DNA of 63,792 nt, filler included, from Reticulomyxa filosa (Eukaryota > Protista > Foraminifera): assembly GCA_000512085.1 (NCBI GenBank). It is 23 parts of 23 records of this genome, joined end to end, with 100 filler letters (N's around TTAATTAATTAA, not from the genome) between each part and the next. Parts side by side here need not be neighbours in the genome. Positions count along the whole stretch, not along the records: positions 11,665 to 13,329 come from ASPP01022534.1; positions 13,430 to 14,589 come from ASPP01009693.1; positions 14,690 to 19,039 come from ASPP01012684.1; positions 19,140 to 25,988 come from ASPP01026123.1; 19 more parts are not named here. One strand, written 5' to 3'. The notes below the pieces were generated by a model. That model had not been told where the DNA came from and searched no databases. It saw only the letters and a list, made by a program, of their open reading frames with translations. Within the stretch, counting starts at the first letter, position 1. Each line of letters begins with the position of its first letter. Shown here in pieces: positions 11,665-22,747 of the stretch. The position numbers and the translations under genes are program-made.

Positions 11665-13329
11665 TTGGTTAGAGCGATACTTGAGTCGTTCCGAATGTTC
11701 GTTGGCGTTGATTGAAATGGAAGAAAAGGCCGTACTGTTGGCTTTGCAAAGAGCTTTATTCACATTATGTTGCCAGGCCGAAAACCCATTGCCCCGTTTT
11801 AAACAGTTGTTATTCGAATTGAAACAGCACAATGACAACACATTGATTTCAAAGACTGTTGATTCACCTGAATCTGAAGTTAAACAAGAAATGGAAATGA
11901 AAATGGAAGTTAAAACCAGAGATCCAATTGATTTTGTGCTATCAGCAGTGACACAGGCAATTCGATTACGTGATTTGGAGAGACTTGGCGAGCCGTTATT
12001 GGAATATGAAGAGAACATTGAACAATTGAATGAAAATCTACTCGCTTATGCACGTGAAGAGGGATTAAGCGAAACGGAGTTGGCCGCGAAATGGATGGAA
12101 AAGTTGGATCATCGATTGAACAACGCAGCCACGTTTTATCGAGACAATCGCATGTATCGGTATTCACGCGAATGCGACAGCAAGGTCAGAGGATACTCAC
12201 GAGCCATATCTGTGTCCGGAGCATGTGCATTAGTCATTCTGTTTAGCAAACAGTCGGATCTGCCTAGTTCCCAATACTCGACCCATTCCGTCGCCATTTA
12301 TTCCGATGAAACCTGTCAATCACTTGTCAAAATATATTCCGCCGGACAAGCACCAAAAGACGTGTTGCTACCCGCAGTTGTGCCGAGTCACGAATGTTGG
12401 GTCAAATTGTCGTATCCCGAAATATGTCCTTTGGTCGAATTGCAAGTATTGCCGATCCATCCTGATTTGGGTCTGTCCTTTTGGTTGATTCGATTCCTGC
12501 TCCAGTCCATTGCCACAAAGACATTGGCAGACACAACCGACATATCCATGTCGCAAAGCATTGACATGTGTGTGCAAATGATACAATTGCTATTCCAACG
12601 CTGGCAATTGACGACATTGCAAGTGTCGCCATTGAAGCAGGCATTGCTGTCTTTGGTATTCCAGATCCTTTCGACAATTGACATCATTGCGAAGAAACGC
12701 AATGACAGTGAAGAAATTCAAATGGCTATTGACAACGGATTGAACGTATTGAAAGACTTTACATCCGAAGCCAAAGACATTTTCGAGTTGGAAAGTGGCA
12801 GCGAAGTGACCACGTATTTCCAATTGCTCGTCGATATCTTGGTATTGGCCGACAAGCTGCGCTCCAGCTCGTGCAAACAGATAACCAAGGTATCATTTTC
12901 ATTGAAAGGAGATGACGACGACGACGACAAGGACGCCGAGGCAGCCGGAGATAATGGCGATGAAGAAGACGAAGCGTCAAAAGAGTGGGATTGCCCGATT
13001 TGCACATTAAAAAATCCCTTTGTCGAAGACAAGTGCGGCTTATGTGGAGCCAGCCGTCCTCCAATCAAAGCCAAAGCGAAACACGATACCAAAGGATTGA
13101 GCGCCAACAAAGTGCAGCAACAATTGATTGGCTTTTCGACTGCCATTCAATTCTTTAAGAGCGTGGACAAGTCCAATGCACTTGTCATCGAGACGTTGTT
13201 CAAGGCAGCGTGGAATGTTTTGAAGGATGAAACTGACCCTACCAAACAATGGTTTTTAATCACAAATGTCCCTCCAGGGCCCGACGACAAAGTCAAGGAC
13301 ATCCTTCGCCAATGCATCCAACGCATCGA
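11665..13329 (+). CDS. Internal fragment of a large protein with a RanBP2-type zinc finger (possible E3 ligase)
   Basis: Open frame across the whole contig. EWDCPICTLKNPFVEDKCGLCG fits W-x-C-x2-C-x3-N-x6-C-x2-C. The E3 assignment is inference only. Confidence 0.65.
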
Positions 13330-13429
13330 NNNNNNNNNNNNNNNNNNNNNNNNNNNNNNNNNNNNNNNNNNNNTTAATTAATTAANNNNNNNNNNNNNNN
13401 NNNNNNNNNNNNNNNNNNNNNNNNNNNNN

Positions 13430-14143
13430 CGGGATCATGGAAGGCGGGGTCAAGGTGGAGCGAGATCAGGGCACGCCGCAAGGCGGTCCCCTGAGCCCGC
13501 TGCTGGCCAACGTGCTGCTCGACGAGGTGGACAAGGCGCTGGAGGCCGGGGCTACTGCTTCGCGCGCTACGCTGACGACGCCAATGTCTATGTGGGCAGC
13601 AGACGGGCTGGGGAGCGGGTGATGGCCTGGCTCAGGACGCTCTACGGCACGCTGAAACTTCAGATCAATGAAGCCAAAAGTGCCGTGTGCAGCGCCTTCG
13701 GGCGCAAGTTCCTGGGGTACGAACTGTGGGTGGCGAAGGGGCGGGAGGTGAAGTGTGCGGTGGCCGCTAAGGCCCTGAACGACTTCAAGGCTCGCACCCG
13801 GCAACTCACACGGCGGTCCGGCGGGCGCAGCATGGTACAGGTGGTGCAAGGGCTGCGGCCCTACCTGCTGGGCTGGAAGGGCTACTTCCGGATGGCGCAA
13901 ACGCCCAACGTCTGGCGCGAGCTGGACAAGTGGCTGCGGCACCGGTTGAGGGCGATCCAGCTCAAACAATGGCAACAGGGGGCGACCATTTACCGCGAGT
14001 TGCTGGCGTTGGGCGCCAGACCTGCAATTGCCAAGCGCGTGGCCGGGAATAGCCGCCGCTGGTGGCGTAATAGTGCGAAGTCGCTCAACAACGTGCTCAC
14101 GGTGGCTTGGTTCGACCGCCTCGGATTACCTCGCCTCTCATGA
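13430..14143 (+). CDS. ltrA: Group II intron reverse transcriptase/maturase, 3' half, one frameshift
   Basis: GTPQGGPLSPLLANVLLDEVD. Restoring one base near 13546 gives RGYCFARYADDANVYV, then FLGY and domain X (LRPYLLGWKGYF...LDKWLRHRLR). No endonuclease domain before the stop. Confidence 0.92.
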   Translation, partial: RDHGRRGQGGARSGHAARRSPEPAAGQRAARRGGQGAGGRGYCFARYADDANVYVGSRRAGERVMAWLRTLYGTLKLQINEAKSAVCSAFGRKFLGYELWVAKGREVKCAVAAKALNDFKARTRQLTRRSGGRSMVQVVQGLRPYLLGWKGYFRMAQTPNVWRELDKWLRHRLRAIQLKQWQQGATIYRELLALGARPAIAKRVAGNSRRWWRNSAKSLNNVLTVAWFDRLGLPRLS

Positions 14144-14155
14144 CCTCAAGCTCTC

Positions 14156-14231
14156 GAACCGCCCGGTGCGGACCCGCATGCCCGGTGGTGTGGGAGGGGT
14201 GGAGTCGATAATGACTCCCCCCTATCCCGAT
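14156..14231 (+). ncRNA. Group II intron domains V and VI and 3' splice site (class C type)
   Basis: GAACCGCCCGGTGCGGACCCGCATGCCCGGTGGTG is domain V with a CGC triad. GGGAGGGG...CCCCTATCCCGAT is domain VI with a bulged A and the AY terminus. Confidence 0.9.
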
Positions 14232-14242
14232 GTATCGAAACC

Positions 14243-14589
14243 TCAGATTTCGAGGTTCTGCAGGTACTCGCGGAAGCCTGGTCCCAGCTGTGGATGCGCC
14301 AGCGCCAGCTCGACATTGGCCTGCAGGAATCCTTCCTTGGAGCCGCAGTCGTAGCGCTTGCCCTCGTAGCGATAGGCGAACACCTTCTCGCGGCGCAGCA
14401 GGCCGGCAATGCCGTCGGTCAGCTGGATCTCGCCGCCGACGCCGCGCGGCTGGTTGGCGATCTCGTGGAACCACCGGGCTCAGGATGTAGCGGCCGGCCA
14501 CGCCCAGGCGCGAGGGCGCCACATCAGGGCGGGCTTTCGACGATGCGGCTGACATCCATCATCTGCTCGTTGACCTGCGTGCCGGCAAC
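14243..14589 (-). CDS. galU: UTP--glucose-1-phosphate uridylyltransferase, bacterial, C-terminal part with frameshifts
   Basis: Joining frames gives ...SRIVE(KPA)PDVAPSRLGVAGRYILSP..FHEIANQPRGVGGEIQLTDGIAGLLRREKVFAYRYEGKRYDCGSKEGFLQANVELALAHPQLGPGFREYLQNLEI*. GEIQLTD and RYDCGSK are GalU hallmarks. Confidence 0.9.
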
Positions 14590-14689
14590 NNNNNNNNNNN
14601 NNNNNNNNNNNNNNNNNNNNNNNNNNNNNNNNNTTAATTAATTAANNNNNNNNNNNNNNNNNNNNNNNNNNNNNNNNNNNNNNNNNNNN

Positions 14690-16774
14690 TCATCATCATC
14701 ATCGATAGGAAAGGAAGGCGAACGCAAAGTAGTGTTGCAAGATATGAGCTGCACCGACCCGGAAGATCTGGACAAGGCCGGCGTCGTGCTGGTCGTGGCT
14801 TCCACGTACGAGAACGGCGAGCCCCCTCCGAATGCCAAGTTCTTTGTGGACCACTTGAAGGACTTGACGCAGGATTATCGCGTGCATAAGCATTGGCTGC
14901 AAAAGGTGCACTTTGCTGTGTTCGGCGTGGGCAATTCCTTGTATGCCGACAAGTTCAATGTGGTGGGTACCAACATTGACCAGTACTTGGGTGCGTTGGG
15001 CGCCAAGTCCTTGCTGCCGCTCTATCGAGGCGACGAAAACGCTGCGAGGATGAAGCGAGGAGACCTGGACAGTGATTTCAAAGAGTGGACAAAGTCGGTC
15101 ATTTCAGCATTGAACAAAGTGCACTCCTCAACCGAGAAGAACGAGGCAGCCGAAGCCAGCATTAAAACTAAGAGCAGCAGCAAAGGAGGAGAAACAAAAC
15201 ATATAAACACAAATAATAATAATGATAATGGCAGTGATGATGATGATGATGATGATGATGAAAGAGATATCAAAAAAGGAGAAGTGGACGGAGAAGAGTT
15301 GACAGAGATTGAAGACATTGGACACGTATTTGTAAAGTCTCAGAAAACTACTGCCGTTGCCAAAAAACACAAGAGTGAACCGCAGACAAAAAAAAAAGAG
15401 GAAGAAAACACGAAAGAAAAGGAAGAGGAAGAGGAACAAGAAGAAGAAGAAGAAGAAGAAGAAGAAGAAGAAGAAGAAAAAGACAAACAAGACGAGAATG
15501 GAACTTCAACAAAAGCGACGAGGGAAATGTTGGACGATCGAATGCGGGAAAACTTGACGAAACAGGGATACAAATTGATTGGCAGTCACAGCGGAGTGAA
15601 GCTGTGTCGATGGACGAAAGCCATGTTGCGCGGACGCGGTGGATGCTACAAGCATACGTTCTATGGGATCATGAGCTACCAATGCATGGAGATGACGCCG
15701 TCGCTGGCCTGCGCCAACAAGTGCGTGTTTTGCTGGAGACATCACACCAACCCCGTCGGCAAAGACTGGAAGTGGACCATGGATAACCCGTCCTTCATCG
15801 TGTCCAATGCCATGCAACAGCACGCGCAAATGATTAAGGAAATGAAGGGCGTCCCAGGAGTGAGGCCAGAGAGATTGGCGGAAGCCATACGAATCAAGCA
15901 TTGTGCGTTGAGTTTGGTGGGCGAGCCGATCATGTATCCCAAGATTAATACCATTATCGACTTGCTGCATAAAGAGCAAATCAGTACATTTTTGGTCACC
16001 AACGCTCAATTCCCGGAGGCCATTGAGGCATTGAATTACGTAACGCAGCTCTATGTCAGTGTCGACGCAAGTGATCCCGACTCACTGAAAAAAGTGGATC
16101 GACCGCTGTTCAAAGACTTTTGGGATCGCTTCATGCGCAGCTTGAAAGCGCTACGTAGCAAACAACAGAGAACTGTATATCGTCTCACTTTGGTCAAGGA
16201 CAACAACATGGATGGTATTGCCAACTATGCTCGTCTCATTGCCGTTGGACAACCGTCGTTTATTGAAGTCAAAGGCGTCACGTTTTGTGGCAAGTCGGAC
16301 GGATCCGACTTAACCATGGCCAATGTTCCCTTCCATTTCGAAGTCAAGGCTTTTTGCCAGAGATTAGTCCAATATTTGGAAAGTGACTACGAGTTGGCCT
16401 GCGAACACGAACACAGCTGCTGCTGTCTTATTGCACATAAACAGTTCAAAGTCGATGGAGAGTGGCACACGTGGATCGATTATGACAAATTCCATCAATT
16501 GATTCAGGCTGGTCGTCCCTTCACTGCCTTGGATTATATGAAAAAAACACCTTCGTGGGCGGTTTGGGACTCCAAAGAACAAGGCTTCAACCCAGCCGAA
16601 ACCAAATTTGTCAAAGAGAAACAAAAACAAACCAAAGCTTCCTCCAAATATCAAGCCAAAATGGATAAAGCTTTGGATGAAACAAACGAAGAAGCTACCA
16701 AATTTTTTGATCATTTGAAAAGTAATGAAAATCCTTACTTAGCTGAAAAACAAGCGCAACTTTTGACACTTTAA
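14690..16774 (+). CDS. TYW1: tRNA 4-demethylwyosine synthase TYW1 (flavodoxin + radical SAM), 5'-partial
   Basis: Flavodoxin part (VVASTYENGEPP, FAVFGVGNSLY), acidic linker, then GYKLIGSHSGVKLCRW, GGCYKHTFYGI, CANKCVFCWR, HCALSLVGEP, FLVTNAQFP, EVKGVTFCG and CEHEHSCC. Confidence 0.96.
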   Translation, partial: SSSSSIGKEGERKVVLQDMSCTDPEDLDKAGVVLVVASTYENGEPPPNAKFFVDHLKDLTQDYRVHKHWLQKVHFAVFGVGNSLYADKFNVVGTNIDQYLGALGAKSLLPLYRGDENAARMKRGDLDSDFKEWTKSVISALNKVHSSTEKNEAAEASIKTKSSSKGGETKHINTNNNNDNGSDDDDDDDDERDIKKGEVDGEELTEIEDIGHVFVKSQKTTAVAKKHKSEPQTKKKEEENTKEKEEEEEQEEEEEEEEEEEEEKDKQDENGTSTKATREMLDDRMRENLTKQGYKLIGSHSGVKLCRWTKAMLRGRGGCYKHTFYGIMSYQCMEMTPSLACANKCVFCWRHHTNPVGKDWKWTMDNPSFIVSNAMQQHAQMIKEMKGVPGVRPERLAEAIRIKHCALSLVGEPIMYPKINTIIDLLHKEQISTFLVTNAQFPEAIEALNYVTQLYVSVDASDPDSLKKVDRPLFKDFWDRFMRSLKALRSKQQRTVYRLTLVKDNNMDGIANYARLIAVGQPSFIEVKGVTFCGKSDGSDLTMANVPFHFEVKAFCQRLVQYLESDYELACEHEHSCCCLIAHKQFKVDGEWHTWIDYDKFHQLIQAGRPFTALDYMKKTPSWAVWDSKEQGFNPAETKFVKEKQKQTKASSKYQAKMDKALDETNEEATKFFDHLKSNENPYLAEKQAQLLTL

Positions 16775-17779
16775 AATTGTTTTTTTTTTCTCCTCCTTTT
16801 TTTCGTCTTTTTGATTATGAATAGCCCAACTACAACAAATATATAAATCAATATTGCCACAAAATTTTCGATATAGAAAAGTAATACGTCAATACATTTG
16901 TTTCATAACAAAAAAAGAGCATTCTATTTGAACAATTTAAGTTCAATAAAACCTGTTACAGATTTTTTTGTTTTTACATAGGTCTTCTTATATATTTTTT
17001 TAAAAAAGAACCATCTTTTAAATCGGTCTCCTACATATTAACTGTTGAGAGTCAGTTTTGCTTTATTTAACAAATACTCAATTGCACATATAGCTGTAAT
17101 TAACGTTTAATATTAACTTCAGTAGACAGCAATTTAACCTTTACATAGTAACACCTTCCGGTATATAATATTTGCACGTTTAAAGGTGGTCAAAAAAAAA
17201 AATTGCGCAAGAAAATTCTTGTAACAAGATCTTTTATAATTGCAAATATAGCAACTGAGATATGCTACCCTCGCCACCAGCAGCAAATAGAGAGAGACGA
17301 GTCTCAAAGCAAGAGCGTCGAAGAAATAATTCAACAGCAGGAACAGAGGAAGGAAAGGCAACACCTAAAGGTAATGGAGAAAGGAAGCAAGAAAAGGAAA
17401 AAGAAAGTGACCCAGTAGAAGATTTATTAGCATTTTTTGCAGATGTATGAGTAAATCGATACACACTATATTGTATATATAAGTACATCTTACATACACA
17501 TATGTGTATACACGTGTAATATAAATTTATTCCTTACGTAATTGAAAGTATACAACAATAATACGTATACGTATAAAATGATTGGTACAAAAAAAAAAAA
17601 AAAAAAACGTAATAAAAAAAAAGACTACAGTTGGCAACGACAATGAAAAAGAAATGAAAACAGAGACGACAAAAGCAACAACAATGGCAACATTAATAGC
17701 ATTGCCGCCAATATCAAGCGGCAATCGACAGAGCAAAGAAAGCATGGAAGAGAAGAGATGGAAAGGCAACTTATTGTCA

Positions 17780-19039
17780 AACCTGGATTCGAGTGTGTCA
17801 TTAGATCGCGTGAGGGATTCCCCACAAAGTATCCCAATAAGACCTGCAGGCCGTGATGTGTCGCATTCCTGTCATTGTTTGAGCAATTTGGAGAGGACAA
17901 TGAGAATACGAACAACGTCGACAATAGCAACGAAGAGAAAGAGAAAGATAACAAAGTGAGCGGAAAGAAAGCACAAATCTCAAAAGTGGACGAAGAAGAA
18001 GAAGAAGCAGAGCCTGAGGGTGTAATCGAAATCGACGATGAATCCACCGACCTCACCGAGAAAACGAGTGACAAAAGAAAAGAAGTCCCAAAAAGCCAAA
18101 TGTACAGTGAAGGGACAATCAAATCAGATTGGGAAAATGACCAATCTAACACTAACAACAATAGCGACGCCATTGACAATGAGAGCAATTTGTATGTGAA
18201 TGGCATCGAGGAATTACATAAAGGAGCAGTCATGGTAATATATTGACAAAATAATCCCAAAAAAAAAAAAGTAAATAAATAAATATATAAATATATATAT
18301 TTATATATTTATTTATTTATTTATTACTTTTTATATATATATACATATACATACATATACATATATATATAAATGAAAATAAAAGCTTAAATGGCCTCGA
18401 CGACATGGATTTCCTCATTTTAAATATGTGGAATTGTCACAAGACAATTTACGGATTCAATGGTACTCGAAGAACAAATCGTTGAAGGAGACGAACGTAC
18501 ATATGAAACATATCGTGTCGATTGTGCGAGGACAAACTACGGAGGCATTTTTGAAAAAGCCTCGCAAAAATTTGGAGAGTGGCTCATTTAGCATTCTCTA
18601 TCTTTGCTCGCCGAAAAAAGGTGCACCCGAATCCTTGGATTTAGTTGCTCAGTCTAAAATACAGTGCGAAATATGGGTCAGGTCGTTGATCAAGCTAAAG
18701 CAGCTTTGGCAGACTCATTATCAGTCCAATGACGAGTTTAATGATGATAATGAATTCTGCGACTATTCTTCCTTCCAAAAACTTACGTTTTTAAACGTTG
18801 GCATTAAAAAGTCGGAATTGCCAGTGTCCATTTCAACCCAATTCCATAATGATGTTAACAAAAGTAGCAACAACAGTAATCAGCAAAACCACTCTGATAT
18901 GTTGGAAATCACACAATTGGAGACATTGCAAAATGAATATAATGCCATGGCGAAAACCTATGCTGCTTTGGCAGATATCATCAAACAAAATAATTCATTA
19001 TTTCAAGTTTTGTGTAATTCTCTTTTTGGATTGTTTTTT
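17780..19039 (+). CDS. PH-domain protein (PLC-type/Num1-like PH) with acidic N-terminal region, spliced, partial
   Basis: Removing intron 18235-18385 gives LHKGAVMLKWPRRHGFPHFKYVELSQD...IVRGQTTEAF...SFSILY...SLDLVAQ...EIWVRSL. Further exons upstream (~17250-17620) are likely. Confidence 0.7.
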
Positions 19040-19139
19040 NNNNNNNNNNNNNNNNNNNNNNNNNNNNNNNNNNNNNNNNNNNNTTAATTAATTAANNNNN
19101 NNNNNNNNNNNNNNNNNNNNNNNNNNNNNNNNNNNNNNN

Positions 19140-19419
19140 ATGTTTCTGTTAATTTATCTAATGGACCATTAAACATAATATTTGTCAAAGAATAACCTAA
19201 ACATTCATCTGTTTCATCTAACAAATTCTTAACACTTGGAATTGCATCGTACAAATCTTTACACATACCCACATATTGTGATGCTTGACCTGGAAACAAT
19301 AAACAACGAGTTGCACCAGGTCTTGTTGAGCTATAATATCTCCAACAGCACACAAACCGAGGGAAAGGGTTCAGAATGTTCAAACGATGCCAATTTCTTC
19401 TAGGGATTCTCGAGTACAT
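19140..19419 (-). CDS. MCAT: Malonyl-CoA:ACP transacylase (mitochondrial MCAT/FabD), N-terminal part
   Basis: Arg-rich, acid-free leader, then LLFPGQASQYVGM...LGYSLTNIMFNGPLDKLTET. Confidence 0.85.
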
Positions 19420-20407
19420 TGTTTTTTGATTAATCGCTTAACGATCTATTTTATTGTGCGTATTGTTTACTTTGTGTAGAAATGTATTCCAACTTGAGAA
19501 ACAATTATTTTATTCATTAACATTATTTGATTCGGTTGATTTGCTTGCTTTTGAAAATTTTTTTTTGTAGTGTAATGCCCTGATTCGTTATTAAAGGAAC
19601 GCCAAATAAGTCGTGTTGATCCCCCTTTTGTAAAAAAATTGAGAAATTTTTTATCACAAAAGAATTTTTAAAATACGTTATACACCCACTGTGAACGAAA
19701 TATTAATATTAGAGTTTAATGGTGGGATCACTACACTGAAAACGTTGTCATAACTGTGTAGATGTGATTCCCTACACAAGCTTCTAGAATTATATATTAG
19801 TTTTAAAAAAATTAGTACTGTATCTTTCGTAGTTTTAAAAAATTCAATAATCAAAATTTGAGTGTTTGAAATTTTTTGTGAACTTTAAATTTTTGCTTTG
19901 AAATTTTATTTGATGTAAGTTTTTTGGAATTTTTATTTATGTTTTTGCGTTTTATGATGGAATTGACAACTAGAGTCAACTGTTATTTTTATAATTTAAA
20001 CAATAAGGCAACTGTTCAACGTGATATCTTAATATTTTTAAACAAATTTTATTGATTTTATTATTTATCTTGCAGTCATGACAAACACATTTTGAATCAA
20101 CAAGCTCAAATTGTAATATTGAATTTACTTAACTTTGACCTTTTGATTTTGACATATATCACAAGTATGGTTATGACATTTTCAAAAGTATTTATTTTAA
20201 TAACAAACAAAAGTTTATCTAAAAAAAATACTATTTACAATAATCTACAATGTAGTATTTAAATATATTTATACATTTAAAATTCGCATTAATATACTCA
20301 TCTTCTAAGTTTGGCTTTTTTCTTCTTAGTGATGCAATTAACAATTTCAAAAAGGAATTTAAAAAAACGAATTAAATACAATATTTGTGTATATTTTAAA
20401 AATTATA

Positions 20408-21799
20408 CGGTAGAATGCAAATTATAGTTGACACATAAAACAGCACCTTACAGAGATGATTGATTTTTACATGAAAAAATAACATTCAGACATAATTTTT
20501 TAAAAAATCTACAAATCGTGTACTTTTTAAATATCATTTTAGTTTTTTATTACATCTTTCATAATTGTTTAAAAAATTTGAATATTTATTGATTTTTGAA
20601 AATTTTCGAGAAAAAGTTGACAATCGTGCCTATATAGTAACCATGAAACTTGCCAACTTTTTTAAAAGTATTTTCAGAAAGTCCTCAATGTGTAGATATT
20701 TGTAAAAAAAATATTATGCTTCTGCATTGCGTAGTTTTTGAGAAAACTCAATTTTTTGTTAACAAAAAAATTTTTTTTTTGAAGAATTTAATGTTATTTT
20801 CAAAATTTGTATATTACGAATGCATGATTTGTCTTTACTTATCATTCTTTTTGCTTTTTTTTTTGTCCAATGCCAAACAAGCCAACATAATTCAAAAGCA
20901 TAAGAACTAAAATTTTTTTTTGTAGTAAGATTATTTTTAATGAAAACTACAATTTGGTTAAATCACTTTTTGCATTGTATACTGCTTGTATTCTCTATGG
21001 CATTGACTTTGTTAAGTTTGTGTATGTATCTTTGTCAATTTTTTCACGTTCTGATTCAAATTATTTCCAAAGTTCTTCTGATCTGAATGGTCCATTTTTG
21101 AATATTTTGTTTTCAATATCCACCACATATTTTCGATTTAGTTCAGGTCTGGAGAATTTAGATTGAAACACAATATTTTTACATCATTTTGTTAAAATCA
21201 TTCTTTTGCTGTAATTGCTTGTGGCTGGTGGCATTATCTTGCCGAAATATCCAACCTTCATTATCTTCAAACACCAATTAATGTTTTTTGAGCATTTCAT
21301 CAAATAGAACTTCTTTGTAAATATTTGCATTGACACATCAATTAATATTACATGCATAACCAGGTCCTAACACTACAAAAAGACTACACTATTATGCTTA
21401 CACTACCAACTTTTTATGCTCTTATGATCGAACGTCAACTCCCATTTACGCAAATTTATGTCTTACACTAAATTTTTTTGCAACTTTGTGCAAACTCCAG
21501 CACTGACTCAACAGTCCAACATCATGTCTTTTGTTAAAAATCGCAACCATTTAGCCCTTTTGAAAAAAAAAATTAAAAAATTAAAATATCGAACTACATT
21601 TAGCTAAAAAAAAAGAAAAATAAAGGATAAAATATCGAAATAATTAATAAATATGTAATAAAAAACTAAAATGATATTAAAAAGTACACGATTTGTAGAT
21701 ATTTTTAAAAAATTATGTCTGAATGTTGTTCTTCATGTAGAAAATCAATTATCTTTATAAGTACCGTTTTATGTGTCAACTTTACTTTGCATTTTACTG
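20408..21799 (-). mobile_element. Degenerate Tc1-family DNA transposon with TIRs and TA target duplication
   Basis: Imperfect ~150-bp inverted repeats (20408-20555 and 21652-21799), each bounded by TA. Transposase remnant at ~20947-21430: VNANIYKEVL...WIFRQDNATSH...NSPDLN*IENMW...KSMP*RIQAVYNAK. Confidence 0.88.
20565..20805. repeat. Dispersed repeat, inverted copy at 59223-59455
   Basis: Shared blocks include GATTTTTGAAAATTTTCGAGAAAAAGTTG and TTGCGTAGTTTTTGAGAAAACTCAATTT, found as reverse complements in the contig starting at 58525. Confidence 0.8.
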
Positions 21800-22747
21800 T
21801 ATTTAAGTTTTTATTTTTCATGTAAAAAATCGATTCTATTCATAAACTTATCATTTGTTATGACAATTTTTTTAAATGCTGTATTAACTCCGGTTAGTTC
21901 ACAAATAAGCAACTGTTGATTTTTGGTTGTTAATATTGTTGGAAGTTTGCAATTGTTCTTGTTTGTAACAATGTTGAAAGTAAATTTCTAGTCTTAGTAT
22001 TGACTCTAGTATGACGACATTAAGTTTACGATTTGGTCTTCTTGTTTGAATTCTATGTTTTTTGTCTTCTTATATCTAGTTTGTGTCATAAACTAAACAA
22101 CAAACACTTACTTGATTGACAATCATATTGGAGATTGCACTGATACTATTCTTGGAACATTAACTTTGTTTGTAACAATGTTGGAACACTGTATTTGAAA
22201 AAAAGTAACTGTTTGTTTAAATGATATTTCATTAAATACATAAAAAAAGAAATGATAATTGGGAAAAAAATACTTTGCATTGCTTAGAGTTTGAGGATAA
22301 TATGTCTACGTGGCCTTCAGTTGGAGGACTATTATGTCTTTGTTGGCACCTTTGTTGGTGATCTGTTTTATTCGTTTGAGTATCATTTTTTGTGAACATA
22401 AGTGCAGTTTTATGAATAGAAAAAAGCAATTATGTACTTGATATGAACTCTGGCAGTCAATGACTTGATCTCTTGGTTTACAACAATGTTGATGATCAAA
22501 TTTGAGCCATTTGAATAGGCAAGACAAACATATTTTATGTTTTCAAAAGATTGCAAAAATAATATAAATGAAAATTATATATCACTTGGTATTTTGTGAT
22601 CTTATTCACGACTTTATAAAGGCTGTTCAGTTTAGATGAATCATTTTTTTGCGCATAAAAATCTTTTCTGTAAATAGACTCTAATTTTGAAATTTCTAAG
22701 TAAATTAAAAAGACTACTACAATGTAAAATAACACAAAAGAAAAGGA

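Noticed and set aside
15022-15573. Poly-F, poly-S and poly-K ORFs overlapping TYW1 (similarly 1839-2169)
   Set aside because: Shadow frames of GAA/GAT repeats encoding acidic linkers.
13430-16774. Group II intron and galU transferred into the host next to TYW1
   Set aside because: A spacer separates them, and the bacterial contig has no host-like flank.
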